Positions 21,081 through 30,389 of a stretch of DNA of 64,000 nt are shown piece after piece (positions within the stretch are counted from its first letter, which is position 1; each line of letters starts with the position of its first letter). The notes under the pieces are model-generated. The model was not told the origin of the DNA. It searched no databases and saw only the letters and a list, made by a program, of their open reading frames with translations. The stretch spans positions 416,001-480,000 of the forward strand of contig OY771587.1 in assembly GCA_963674825.1 (NCBI GenBank), in the 5' to 3' direction. The position numbers were made by a program, and so were the translations under genes. The DNA comes from Candidatus Cloacimonadales bacterium (GTDB lineage Bacteria > Cloacimonadota > Cloacimonadia > Cloacimonadales > JAIOQZ01).

Positions 21081-21908
21081 CTATTTCTTGGACGACTTGA
21101 TAATGTATTTATCGGAATATTTCTTATGCTTACGTGTCTTTCCACCCTTGGCAAGAACGCCCCAGGGGGATACTGGATGACCGCCACCAGAGGTCCTTCC
21201 TTCACCACCACCCATCGGGTGATCGACCGGGTTCATCACAACACCACGAACGGTCGGGCGGATACCCATCCAGCGCTTTCTTCCTGCTTTACCGATAGTA
21301 ATCAGGTTGTGCTCGAGGTTTCCGACCTGTCCGATGGTCGCGTAGCATTCTTTACGAAGCTGATAAACGTCGCCGGAAGGAATACGTACGTGCACGTAGC
21401 CGCCTTCTTTTGCGATAACCTGTGCGCTCGAGCCTGCACTGCGGGCAATCTGGCCGCCGCGACCTGGCTTGAACTCGATATTGTGAACGATCGTACCGAG
21501 CGGAATCTTCGTCAGAGGAAGTGCGTTGCCGGTACGAATCGGTGAATTCTCACCGGAGATGACAAAATCGTCCACTTTCAGGCCGACCGGAGCGAGGATA
21601 TAGCGCTTCTCGCCATCGACGTAATGAAGCAGTGCGATACGAGCGCTGCGGTTCGGATCGTATTCGATCGAAGCCACTCTTGCTTTGATATCGAGTTTGT
21701 TGCGCTTGAAGTCGATGACACGGTAATGTCTCTTGTGACCGCCACCACGATGACGACAGGTAATGCGACCCTGGTTATTGCGACCAGCTTTCTTGGGCTG
21801 AGGTCTCAGCAGGGTTTTCTCCGGCGTTGAGGTGGTGATTTCCTCAAAGGTATAGCCGGTCTTGAATCGCTGTGTCGGTGTGATCGGTTTATACTTTTTG
21901 ATCCCCAT
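21081..21908 (-). CDS. rplB: 50S ribosomal protein L2
   Basis: [15 protein letters not shown]...EYDPNRSA...[13 protein letters not shown]. Confidence 0.99.
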   Translation of the reverse strand: MGIKKYKPITPTQRFKTGYTFEEITTSTPEKTLLRPQPKKAGRNNQGRITCRHRGGGHKRHYRVIDFKRNKLDIKARVASIEYDPNRSARIALLHYVDGEKRYILAPVGLKVDDFVISGENSPIRTGNALPLTKIPLGTIVHNIEFKPGRGGQIARSAGSSAQVIAKEGGYVHVRIPSGDVYQLRKECYATIGQVGNLEHNLITIGKAGRKRWMGIRPTVRGVVMNPVDHPMGGGEGRTSGGGHPVSPWGVLAKGGKTRKHKKYSDKYIIKSSKK

Positions 21909-21923
21909 TGTCTGTCTCCCTTA

Positions 21924-22211
21924 TCATAGCTCGAGCTGCGGGATGCTCTGACCCTGCTCGAGTGTAACAATCGCCTTTTTCCAGTCCGGGCGCTTACCTA
22001 ATTCTCTACGGACGCGGCGCATCTTGCCACGCATGCGGATGGTGTTAACGCAATCGACTTTTACCGAAAAGACTTTCTCTATTGCCTGCTTGATCTCGAT
22101 CTTGTTCGCATTGATACTCACGCGGAAGGTATAGCAATTCTGCTTTGCTTTCAGCGCGGAACTTTTCTCTGTGAGGATCGGGGAAATGATGATTTCGCGT
22201 TCGTGTTTCAT
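21924..22211 (-). CDS. rplW: 50S ribosomal protein L23
   Basis: P.LTEKS...ANK.EIK.A.E..F.VKV...WKKAIVTL. Confidence 0.97.
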   Translation of the reverse strand: MKHEREIIISPILTEKSSALKAKQNCYTFRVSINANKIEIKQAIEKVFSVKVDCVNTIRMRGKMRRVRRELGKRPDWKKAIVTLEQGQSIPQLEL

Positions 22212-22843
22212 TTTCCGAATACCTCCTCGACTTTTTTGAGTGCCTGGGTGGTGAGAATCAGATGCTCACAGTTCAGGACTTCGTAGGCGAATACGCCGTC
22301 GGCGCGATCAAGCTTCATGTCGGTCATGTTTGCAAATGAGCGAACGATGCTGACATCGCTGCCATCGATAAGCATGAGCTTCTTTCCACCGTTCGGGAGC
22401 ATCTTCTCGATGATCTGGCGAGCGGCCTTGTAGCTCGGCTTCTCGAAATTGATATCTTCGATCACGTAAACGTTTCCGCTTTTTGCGCGGTCGCTAAGCG
22501 CGATCTTGAGAGCTAAACGTTTCTTCTTGCGGGGGATGTTGCGGGTCCAGTCTTTCGGGATAGGACCGAAAGCGTTTCCACCACCAACACGGACGACCGT
22601 ACGACGGTTACCCACGCGAGCGTTACCGGTACCTTTCTGACGGTAAAGCTTGCGACCGCTTCCCTTGATGTCAGAGCGGAACTTCACCGCGGCTGTTCCC
22701 TGACGCTGATTGCCAAGATACATCTTGATGACCTCGTAGATCACCGTCTCAGGATGTTTGGCTTCAACGGCAAACAACGATTCCGGTAACTGAACGGTTC
22801 CGATCTGGTCCCCGGCTGCCGAATATTTTTTTGCCTCTATCAT
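22208..22843 (-). CDS. rplD: 50S ribosomal protein L4
   Basis: RQGT...RQKGTGNAR.G...GGG.AFGP. Confidence 0.97.
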   Translation of the reverse strand: MIEAKKYSAAGDQIGTVQLPESLFAVEAKHPETVIYEVIKMYLGNQRQGTAAVKFRSDIKGSGRKLYRQKGTGNARVGNRRTVVRVGGGNAFGPIPKDWTRNIPRKKKRLALKIALSDRAKSGNVYVIEDINFEKPSYKAARQIIEKMLPNGGKKLMLIDGSDVSIVRSFANMTDMKLDRADGVFAYEVLNCEHLILTTQALKKVEEVFGK

Positions 22844-22878
22844 TACTTTTACCTCACGATTTTCTCGTAACCCGCAGG

Positions 22879-23502
22879 TTACAGTTCCTTCTTCAGAAGC
22901 ACGATGCTGTCTTTGTGACCTGGTACCGCGCCTTGAACCATAACGAGGTTCTGCTCGGGGATCACTCTGATAACTTTCAGGTTCTTGACGGTGACGGTAT
23001 CAACACCATAGTGTCCAGCCATCTTACGGCCCTTGAACACGCGTGAAGGTGTTGCGCACTGACCGATCGATCCCGGTCCGCGATAGGATTCGTGAACACC
23101 GTGAGTTGCTTTGAAGCCACGGAAGTTGTGACGTTTCATCACACCAGCGAATCCACGACCCTTGGATGTTCCCTGAACCGAAAGAAGTTCGTTTTCCTGG
23201 AACATGGTCACGTTAAGAATTTCACCCTCGGCGATGTCCTTGTAAAGTTTCAGACGAAACTCGCGAAGGAAACGGTAAGCCGGGCTATTGTGCTTCTTAT
23301 AATGATTGCGTTGAGGTTTCTTTGCCTTTTTATCTTCGATTTTTTCAAATCCGAGCTGCACAGCGTCGTATCCATCTCTATCCATGGTCTTCTTCTGCAC
23401 TACCTGGCAGGGACCAGCCTGGATAACAGTCACCGGAGTAACTTTTCCGGATTCGTCGAACACCTGTGTCATTCCTACTTTCTTACCAATCAGTCCGATC
23501 AT
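22879..23502 (-). CDS. rplC: 50S ribosomal protein L3
   Basis: GKKVGMTQVF...SKGRGFAG.MKRH...GAVPG. Confidence 0.98.
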   Translation of the reverse strand: MIGLIGKKVGMTQVFDESGKVTPVTVIQAGPCQVVQKKTMDRDGYDAVQLGFEKIEDKKAKKPQRNHYKKHNSPAYRFLREFRLKLYKDIAEGEILNVTMFQENELLSVQGTSKGRGFAGVMKRHNFRGFKATHGVHESYRGPGSIGQCATPSRVFKGRKMAGHYGVDTVTVKNLKVIRVIPEQNLVMVQGAVPGHKDSIVLLKKEL

Positions 23503-23512
23503 GATTCACCCC

Positions 23513-23830
23513 TTAAGCCTTGATCTCCACGTGAACGCCTGCCGGCAGGCTGAGCTTTTTAAGTGCTCCAGCTGTTTGCGGTGTGGGATTCACGATATCG
23601 ACCAAACGTTTGTGAACCAGCATTTCGAACTGGTCTTCAGATTTCTTGTCAACATGAGGCGACCGATGAACGGTATAGATCGTGCGTTCAGTCGGAAGTG
23701 GAATCGGACCCATGATCTTTGCGCCCGTGTTCCTGGTGCTCTTAATGATTTCAGCAACGGATTTGTCCAGCAGACGATAATCGTATGCTTTCAGCTTGAT
23801 CCGAATTCTATTTTCTTTGGATTTACCCAC
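23513..23830 (-). CDS. rpsJ: 30S ribosomal protein S10 (GTG start)
   Basis: IRIKLKAYD...GPIPLPT...RSPHVDK. Confidence 0.98.
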   Translation of the reverse strand: MGKSKENRIRIKLKAYDYRLLDKSVAEIIKSTRNTGAKIMGPIPLPTERTIYTVHRSPHVDKKSEDQFEMLVHKRLVDIVNPTPQTAGALKKLSLPAGVHVEIKA

Positions 23831-23842
23831 AATTCCTCCAGA

Positions 23843-25027
23843 TTATTCGAGGATATCACCGACGACGCCGGCACCGATGGTGCGTCCACCTTCGCGGATA
23901 GCGAAGCGGAGACCCTGTTCCATAGCGATCGGGGTGATCAGTTCAACGTTGACCTCTACGTGGTCACCAGGCATTACCATCTCGACGCCTTCAGGAAGGG
24001 TCAGGGAGCCGGTAACGTCCGTGGTGCGGAAGTAGAACTGCGGACGGTAGCCACTGAAGAACGGCTTATGACGTCCACCTTCGTCTCCGGTCAGCACGTA
24101 GGTCTTACCAGTGAACTTGGTGTGAGGGGTGATCGACTTCGGTTTCGCAAGTACCATACCGCGTTCGATATCGGTCTTGGCGATACCGCGAAGAAGCATA
24201 CCCACGTTGTCGCCTGCCTGGCCTTCGTCGAGGATCTTACGGAACATCTCGACACCGGTACAGGTGGTTTCGATGGTTTCACGGATACCAACGCGCTCGA
24301 TCTTCTCGCCAACTTTCACGATTCCGCGCTCGATACGGCCCGTAGCTACTGTGCCACGTCCCTGGATCGAGAACACGTCTTCGACCGGCATGAGGAAAGG
24401 CTTGTCAACATCGCGCTCGGGAAGCGGAACGTAACGATCGACTTCGTCCATCAGTTCCTGAATCTGGGCTTCACCTTCCGGATCTGCGTTCAGACCTTTA
24501 AGTGCAGAACCCTTGATCACGGGAATATCGTCGCCCGGGAATTCGTATTCGGAAAGAAGCTCGCGAACTTCAAGTTCCACAAGCTCAAGAATTTCTTCGT
24601 CGTCCACAAGGTCGCATTTGTTCATGAAAACGACCATTGCGGGTACGCCTACCTGACGGGCAAGCAGGATGTGCTCGCGGGTCTGGGGCATTGGGCCGTC
24701 AGCTGCGCTAACCACAAGGATAGCTCCGTCCATCTGGGCGGCGCCGGTGATCATGTTCTTGACATAGTCAGCATGACCAGGGCAGTCTACGTGCGCGTAG
24801 TGACGATTTGCTGTTTCGTATTCGACGTGCGCCGTCGCGATGGTGATACCACGCTCGCGCTCTTCCGGTGCGTTGTCGATACTATCGAATGAACGGAATG
24901 CAGCACCGGTCTTCTTGCTAAGATAAAGCGTAATCGCCGCGGTAAGTGTCGTCTTACCGTGGTCAACGTGACCGATCGTTCCTATGTTAACATGAGGCTT
25001 CGTTCTCTCAAATTTCGCCTTTGCCAT
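23843..25027 (-). CDS. tuf: Elongation factor Tu
   Basis: [22 protein letters not shown] and NKCD. Confidence 0.99.
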   Translation of the reverse strand: MAKAKFERTKPHVNIGTIGHVDHGKTTLTAAITLYLSKKTGAAFRSFDSIDNAPEERERGITIATAHVEYETANRHYAHVDCPGHADYVKNMITGAAQMDGAILVVSAADGPMPQTREHILLARQVGVPAMVVFMNKCDLVDDEEILELVELEVRELLSEYEFPGDDIPVIKGSALKGLNADPEGEAQIQELMDEVDRYVPLPERDVDKPFLMPVEDVFSIQGRGTVATGRIERGIVKVGEKIERVGIRETIETTCTGVEMFRKILDEGQAGDNVGMLLRGIAKTDIERGMVLAKPKSITPHTKFTGKTYVLTGDEGGRHKPFFSGYRPQFYFRTTDVTGSLTLPEGVEMVMPGDHVEVNVELITPIAMEQGLRFAIREGGRTIGAGVVGDILE

Positions 25028-25531
25028 GATTCCTCCTTGGCTCTAATGATCGATAACTCTGCACTTTATGCAGAATTTCCCTTCGGCAGATTCCTTTTGA
25101 ATTTGCCTGTGAGCGCTGAAATTCTCCCATTGAGATTTTATGTCAAACGTTTTTTTCTTTTTTCGCTATTTTGATCAAAAACAAGGAGTTAACCTTGAGT
25201 GCGGCGGACTCAAGGAAGTCTCTTTTTCAACGTTTTCCTGACAACAAACATACAATTGATTTTCTACGTGGAATCCCCACTTTTCCTGCTGAGAATGGCT
25301 GTCTTCGCTCCGAAGAAGCATGAAAATTAGATTTCTATTTAACGATTTATTATCGAATTTTATTTTAGCGATAAACCTCACCCCGAAGTCCCAACCTTTT
25401 CACTGTACATTATATATGCGCGAATGAAGAGTTTTCGACTCCCTGATAATACGTAACCGGCAGAAACGAATTGACAATCCTTCCGAACGCAGAATTCTTA
25501 CGTCAAAATCAAGCAAAACAAGGAGCGAACC

Positions 25532-26371
25532 ATGGAATTCGTTACCATACGTAAGTTTCAAAACGATATCGAAGCCACCCTCGCAATGAACCTCCTGAAA
25601 GACAGCGGGATCGAAGCAATCCTCACCGACGAGCATATCATCGGTATATATCCGTCCCTCAGTACAATGGGCATGGGCATCAGCCTCAAAATCCCGCCGG
25701 ACCGTGAACAGGAAGCACTGGCGATTCTTGAAAGATTCGAGCAATGCAAGGATCAGGAATGCGATGACGAAGAAGTCGAAGGCTTCACCACGCTTCTTAA
25801 CGACGAATCGATCATCGAACTACTTCGTGAAAGCGGCGCACTTCTGACCGGTCATTTTAAACTGACTTCCGGCAGGCACAGCGAACGCTACGTAGAGAAA
25901 ATCCGTCTGATACACCATCCGGATAAAGTTGCTGTACTCTGCCGCGAACTGGCAATGCGCCTCCGCAATTTTGATCCCGACATCGTAGTTGGCCCAGCAA
26001 TGGGCGGTATCGTGTTGGCGTATGAAGTTGCAAAGGTTCTCGGCAAACGCTTTGTATTCGCACAGCGCAAAGACGGCGAGATGACCATCCGCAGCGGTTT
26101 CCCGCTCAAGAAAGGCGAGAAAGCTATCGTCATCGAAGACATTTCCACCACCGGTGGCAGCATCATCGAGGTCAACGAAGCGCTCAAGAAGCGCGACATC
26201 GATGTAATCGCGGTTGGGCTTCTGGTCGATCGCTCTTGCGGCAGGCTCCAGCTCGAAATGCCACTTGTCTCGCTCCTGCAACTCGATATTCCTTCATGGG
26301 AACCGGACGAATGTCCGTTATGTGCCGAAGGTAAGCCCATTACTACTCCCGGATCGAGCGACAAGAAATGA
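25532..26371 (+). CDS. pyrE: Orotate phosphoribosyltransferase with an N-terminal DUF2007-like domain
   Basis: The C-terminal ~190 aa carry GALLTGHFKLTSGRHS and the PRPP motif VIEDISTTGGS. The N-terminal ~70 aa (EATLAMNLLKDSGIEA.L.DE...EALAIL) fit DUF2007. Confidence 0.88.
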   Translation: MEFVTIRKFQNDIEATLAMNLLKDSGIEAILTDEHIIGIYPSLSTMGMGISLKIPPDREQEALAILERFEQCKDQECDDEEVEGFTTLLNDESIIELLRESGALLTGHFKLTSGRHSERYVEKIRLIHHPDKVAVLCRELAMRLRNFDPDIVVGPAMGGIVLAYEVAKVLGKRFVFAQRKDGEMTIRSGFPLKKGEKAIVIEDISTTGGSIIEVNEALKKRDIDVIAVGLLVDRSCGRLQLEMPLVSLLQLDIPSWEPDECPLCAEGKPITTPGSSDKK

Positions 26372-28050
26372 TCAGGCTCGCGATTACAACGGGCGACCCG
26401 ACTGGGATCGGGCCCGAGATCACTGTAAAAGCTTTGCAGTTCTATCCGCTTCGAAAGGAAATCTGTTACGTCGTGTACGGAACGCTGCCGGAGTACGAGG
26501 ACGGCACGAAACCAATACGAATTGGCAGTCTCAACGAGGCGGAGAGAACTGGCGTTATCTATCATCTTCCCATCGAAGAGCAAAGCGACTCTGGTGCGAC
26601 CGCGCTGAAGATCCTTACTCAGTGCCGCGACGATCTCCGCAAGGGTGATTTGCATGGCGTGGTAACCTGCCCGGTCTCCAAGCATGAAATCCGCAAAACA
26701 CAGCCAGATTTCATAGGCCATACCGAGTTCTTCGCCGAAAATCCCGACAACGTGGTGATGTCCTTCTGGGGTGACGTGTTCAACATCGCGCTGCTGACTA
26801 CTCACATGCCCGTCTGCGAGATCGGCGGCCACCTCGATCCAGAGGTCGTGATCCCGAAACTGCGGTTGATCCACAAAGCTGCGGCCGAGATGATCGAAAA
26901 GCCACGACTGGCAATACTGGGCGTAAATCCTCACTCCGGTGAATCGGGAGCATTCGGCACGGAAGAAGCCATGCTGACGCATTCGCTCGAGACTCTGAAG
27001 CAGGAAGATATTGTAATCGATGGGCCGTTCCCGGCGGATACATTCTTTGCCGCAAAAGCCTCACAATACAATATGATCATCTCCGCGTACCACGACCAGG
27101 CGCTGATCCCCTTCAAGATGCTGCACCCCAACAGCGGCGTGAACATGACGCTGGGACTGCCGTTCGTGCGTACATCTGTTGACCACGGAACCGCGTTTGA
27201 CATTGTCGGCAAGGGTATCGCCAACGAAGGCAGCCTGGAAAACGCCATTCGCCTCGCAGAAAAGAAGCTGTTGAGCAAAGAGATCAGCTTCGAGCCTATA
27301 TACAACGCTTTCGCGCCCTATTACGATCAATACATGGAGCACGTACGCTACGACGCTTGGACAGGGCTGATTCTCAACCAGTACAACAAGCTGCGCAAGA
27401 ATAAGCCGCAGAAGGTGCTTGAACTCGCCTGCGGAACCGCGAATATCGCTTGCCGCCTGGTGAAGAAGGGTATCTCTGTCGATGCGTGCGACCTCGCCAC
27501 CGCGATGGTCAAGGCTGCTTCACGCAAGCCGTTCAAGCCAAACCTTTTCCGCCATGATATGCTCGATCCGCTGCCGCGCTCCGGGTACGACCTCGCCCTG
27601 ATGATGTTTGATAGCCTCAACTACCTGCAAAGCATCGAGCAGATCGCGCCCGTGCTGAATCACATCCACGACGCTCTGCTGCCCGAAGGTGTTCTTATAT
27701 TCGATATCACCACCATCCGCAACTGCCGCGACAATTTTGATGGATTCGTAAACATTGACGATGATGGCAAATGCTATATGGTGCACACCAGCGAACTGGA
27801 CGAGAACGAGAAAACGCAGATAACCAGACTGACTTTTTTCCACAACAGGAAACTCTTCTACACGCGCGACGATGAAGTGCACTACCAGCGCATCTTCCCC
27901 ACTTCGATCGTGCTGGACGAGATTGCTAAAACGCCGTTTAATCTTGCAGGTATCTATTCCATCGATGGGCCGGACAACCTCCTGCGCACCAGGCCGCGCA
28001 AGCTCGACGAATCGTTCGACCGCCTCTTTTTCGTACTGGAGAAGGCATGA
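26368..28050 (+). CDS. pdxA: PdxA (4-hydroxythreonine-4-phosphate dehydrogenase family) fused to a class I SAM methyltransferase
   Basis: TTGDPTGIGPE, GHTE, NPHSGE, GPFPADT, YHDQ and RTSVDHGTAFDI, followed by VLELACGTA and FDSLNY in the same frame. Confidence 0.88.
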   Translation: MIRLAITTGDPTGIGPEITVKALQFYPLRKEICYVVYGTLPEYEDGTKPIRIGSLNEAERTGVIYHLPIEEQSDSGATALKILTQCRDDLRKGDLHGVVTCPVSKHEIRKTQPDFIGHTEFFAENPDNVVMSFWGDVFNIALLTTHMPVCEIGGHLDPEVVIPKLRLIHKAAAEMIEKPRLAILGVNPHSGESGAFGTEEAMLTHSLETLKQEDIVIDGPFPADTFFAAKASQYNMIISAYHDQALIPFKMLHPNSGVNMTLGLPFVRTSVDHGTAFDIVGKGIANEGSLENAIRLAEKKLLSKEISFEPIYNAFAPYYDQYMEHVRYDAWTGLILNQYNKLRKNKPQKVLELACGTANIACRLVKKGISVDACDLATAMVKAASRKPFKPNLFRHDMLDPLPRSGYDLALMMFDSLNYLQSIEQIAPVLNHIHDALLPEGVLIFDITTIRNCRDNFDGFVNIDDDGKCYMVHTSELDENEKTQITRLTFFHNRKLFYTRDDEVHYQRIFPTSIVLDEIAKTPFNLAGIYSIDGPDNLLRTRPRKLDESFDRLFFVLEKA

Positions 28051-28658
28051 TTCGCTATCGTGCCGAGTGGGACGAGTTTCAAGAATATACCCACATCGCG
28101 GGGATTGATGAAGCTGGACGCGGACCGCTGGCCGGGCCGGTGGTGGTTGCGGCGGTGATTCTGGATCCTGCAAATGAAATCAAGGGGTTAAACGACTCCA
28201 AAAAGTTGTCGGAAAAGAAGCGCGAGGCGTTGTTCGGAGAAATCCGGCAGAAGGCCCTCGCCTTCCGGATTGTCGAGATATCGCCCGAGACCATCGACGA
28301 GATGAACATTCTGTGGGCAACCATGCACGGCATGACCCTGGCTGCGACAGGCCTTGATACCGAGCCGGAGTTTTGTCTCATCGACGGTAATCGTATCCCG
28401 AAAGGCTTTCCTTTCAGCGCCGAATTCGCGATCAAGGGCGACGGACGCTACGCGTCAATCGCCGCGGCGTCCATTCTCGCCAAGGTAACCCGCGACCGCA
28501 TCATGATCGACTTCCACCAGAAATACCCGCATTACCATTTCGATACAAACAAGGGCTACCCCACCAAAGAGCATCTCGACGCCATCGAACAGCATGGTAT
28601 CTGCCCCATCCACCGTAGATCATACGCCCCGGTGAGCCAGATGCGGCTGGGGTTTTAG
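28047..28658 (+). CDS. rnhB: Ribonuclease HII
   Basis: GIDEAGRGPLAGPV, LNDSKKL, IAAASILAKVTRD and KGYPT..H. Confidence 0.97.
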   Translation: MIRYRAEWDEFQEYTHIAGIDEAGRGPLAGPVVVAAVILDPANEIKGLNDSKKLSEKKREALFGEIRQKALAFRIVEISPETIDEMNILWATMHGMTLAATGLDTEPEFCLIDGNRIPKGFPFSAEFAIKGDGRYASIAAASILAKVTRDRIMIDFHQKYPHYHFDTNKGYPTKEHLDAIEQHGICPIHRRSYAPVSQMRLGF

Positions 28659-28670
28659 TCTACATACTTC

Positions 28671-28859
28671 AATTCTAGTAGAACGAGACATCATTAGCCC
28701 GGTGCGTGAGCGCCGGGAGCATAAAGCACCAGCCTCACACCCTCCGCCCGATAGGTTCGTTCGAGATCGAGCAGCGTGTTCATTCCCGACGAAGGCGGGG
28801 TGTTACACGGCGTCGCGAGGGGGGATCGGACGAAGATACGGGTGGATGTGATAACACCA
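28671..28859. repeat. Structured direct repeat, copy 1 (REP-like GNRA hairpin plus ~130-bp long stem-loop)
   Basis: 28726-28859 is nearly identical to 30098-30230. The preceding hairpin CCCGGTGC-GTGA-GCGCCGGG corresponds to the one in copy 2. Confidence 0.9.
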
Positions 28860-28881
28860 ATCTTCTGGATGTTTGGCGTGA

Positions 28882-29823
28882 TCACACATTAGGCTGATTG
28901 GCAAATCGTTCGTTCATTTCAGAAATGAACTCGGCGAGCGAAACAGGTTTTATTATACAACCGAGTAGCTTGTAGCCAATTTCAGCTTTTCGTCTAAGTC
29001 TTTTATCTTCAGTGATGAAGTACTCGGACTGGCCAAGAGCTGCATATGCTGCATGGCTTGCATCCACAAACATTGTACTGCATATAGAATCAGATGCGAA
29101 TCTAATAGTATCTAGAAAGAAGAAAAGACCTGTCATTTTTGCAACTAGATCATCCTCTGCAAAGTATTGAAGTATACCGATCTCTTTAGTCAGAAAATCC
29201 AAATCACCATCATCGAGCATTGATCTGCATTTATTTACGTCCTTTTCATACAACTTGCTCCACTTTTCCATTCTGTCCTTATACATGCTATATTCACTTT
29301 TACTATTCATCCATCGTAGTAGATTGCGAGATAATAATTGCATGTATTCAAATGTATTGTCAGGTATATCACCATCCTCTTCCACAATCAGGGAGTTCTT
29401 CGCGAAATCAGACATTTCTTTACTTATTTTTTCATGTTTCATGAAATCGATTTTGAAAGATTCAGTTCTCTCTAACATATCTAAGACCTCCTTAAATACG
29501 CCCCCATACTCCCCTGTTACAATATATATGTTTTCATTACTATACACCTTGACATATTCTCCATCAGACTGATCCCTTACAATACAACACCCTTTTGTTA
29601 ATATCTGAATAATGTCTCGTACAGATACCGTTTCTTGATATTCACCGGCAGACAGATCCTCAACATGCGCCACAGAGAAATACGTAATAAGTTCATTGCT
29701 TATAATGCGAAACAGAAAATCCTCGATTCCATCATCCATATCTGATTCGCGCTTATCGAGATAATTATTCAGCTTAATAAACTCGTTCGTATCAAGATAG
29801 AAAAGCGTTGGAAGTCTCTTCAT
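28882..29823 (-). CDS. PIN-domain-like protein, AT-rich and probably horizontally acquired
   Basis: N-terminal FYLDTN and C-terminal DASHAAYA...YFITEDKRL are PIN-fold acidic motifs. The gene is visibly AT-rich relative to its flanks; GAGG RBS. Confidence 0.65.
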   Translation of the reverse strand: MKRLPTLFYLDTNEFIKLNNYLDKRESDMDDGIEDFLFRIISNELITYFSVAHVEDLSAGEYQETVSVRDIIQILTKGCCIVRDQSDGEYVKVYSNENIYIVTGEYGGVFKEVLDMLERTESFKIDFMKHEKISKEMSDFAKNSLIVEEDGDIPDNTFEYMQLLSRNLLRWMNSKSEYSMYKDRMEKWSKLYEKDVNKCRSMLDDGDLDFLTKEIGILQYFAEDDLVAKMTGLFFFLDTIRFASDSICSTMFVDASHAAYAALGQSEYFITEDKRLRRKAEIGYKLLGCIIKPVSLAEFISEMNERFANQPNV

Positions 29824-30041
29824 TGTACCTCTTTGTTAATCCCCGAAATCGACAACAGGCTCTTTATTGTTAATTACTAAACCACCATATATGTCAATAA
29901 ATTATTCTATAGATCACAAACATGCATATATTTCAATCCACCTCATCACCCCTTAAAGAATGTTACAAGCAAGAGTACTGCGGTGCCAGATCATAATGCC
30001 ATAAAACCAACATTCGGAAGACCTCCGTGCTCCATGAGAAA

Positions 30042-30230
30042 AATCCTGTAGGAACGACAGATACGTAGCCCAGGGTGTAAACCCTGGGTAAACGATCGCA
30101 CCAGCCTCACACCCTCCGCCCGATAGGTTCGTTCGATCGCGAGCAGCCGTGTTCATTCCCGACGAAGACGGGGTGTTACACGGCGTCGCGAGGGGATCGG
30201 GCGAAGATACGGGTGGATGCAATAACTCCA
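30042..30230. repeat. Structured direct repeat, copy 2
   Basis: GTAG followed by the CCCAGGGT-GTAA-ACCCTGGG hairpin, then the ~130-bp segment shared with 28726-28859. Confidence 0.9.
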
Positions 30231-30288
30231 GCGGTGGGCATCCGCGTAACTTGTCAGAGAACCACCATTTGAGAACGATCTCTCTCTA

Positions 30289-30334
30289 CTCCCTTCTACC
30301 TCTACCCGCTTGCGGGAGAGGGCTGGGGTGAGGG
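30289..30334. repeat. Extragenic palindromic element (CTCCC...CCCGCTTGCGGGAGAGGGCTGGGGTGAGGG type)
   Basis: Resembles a widespread REP-like element often seen near DUF559 genes; contains a CCCGC-TT-GCGGG hairpin. Confidence 0.6.
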
Positions 30335-30338
30335 CAAC

Positions 30339-30365
30339 AAAAAAAGGCGACCCTTATGGATCGCC
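30339..30365 (-). terminator. Intrinsic terminator after iorB
   Basis: GGCGA...TCGCC stem with a T7 tail on the minus strand. Confidence 0.75.
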
Positions 30366-30389
30366 CTCAATATATTCAGCGTAATTAGC

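Noticed and set aside
23384..24892. 502-aa plus-strand ORF
   Set aside because: It is the antisense shadow of tuf/rpsJ and has no recognisable motifs. The same applies to the other long antisense ORFs over the ribosomal, MCP, ior and GNAT genes (e.g. 25888-26982, 30904-31896, 47649-48572, 51933-52826).
25028..25531. tRNA cluster or small ORFs upstream of tuf
   Set aside because: No tRNA signatures were found, and ORF 25175-25381 looks non-coding.
28726..28859. 6S RNA, SRP RNA or tRNA
   Set aside because: No SRP GGAA-loop/AGCAG domain in the right geometry, no cloverleaf or T-loop, and no recognisable 6S motifs. An Rfam scan is needed to exclude these fully.
28694..28897. Short ORFs within the repeats (also 29953-30222 and 30149-30331)
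   Set aside because: They are translations of the repeat. Indels between the two copies shift the frame, and they lack an RBS.
28671..30230. Integron cassette (attC) or insertion sequence
   Set aside because: No convincing RYYYAAC/GTTRRRY boxes bound the repeats, and I saw no integrase, transposase, terminal inverted repeats or target duplication.
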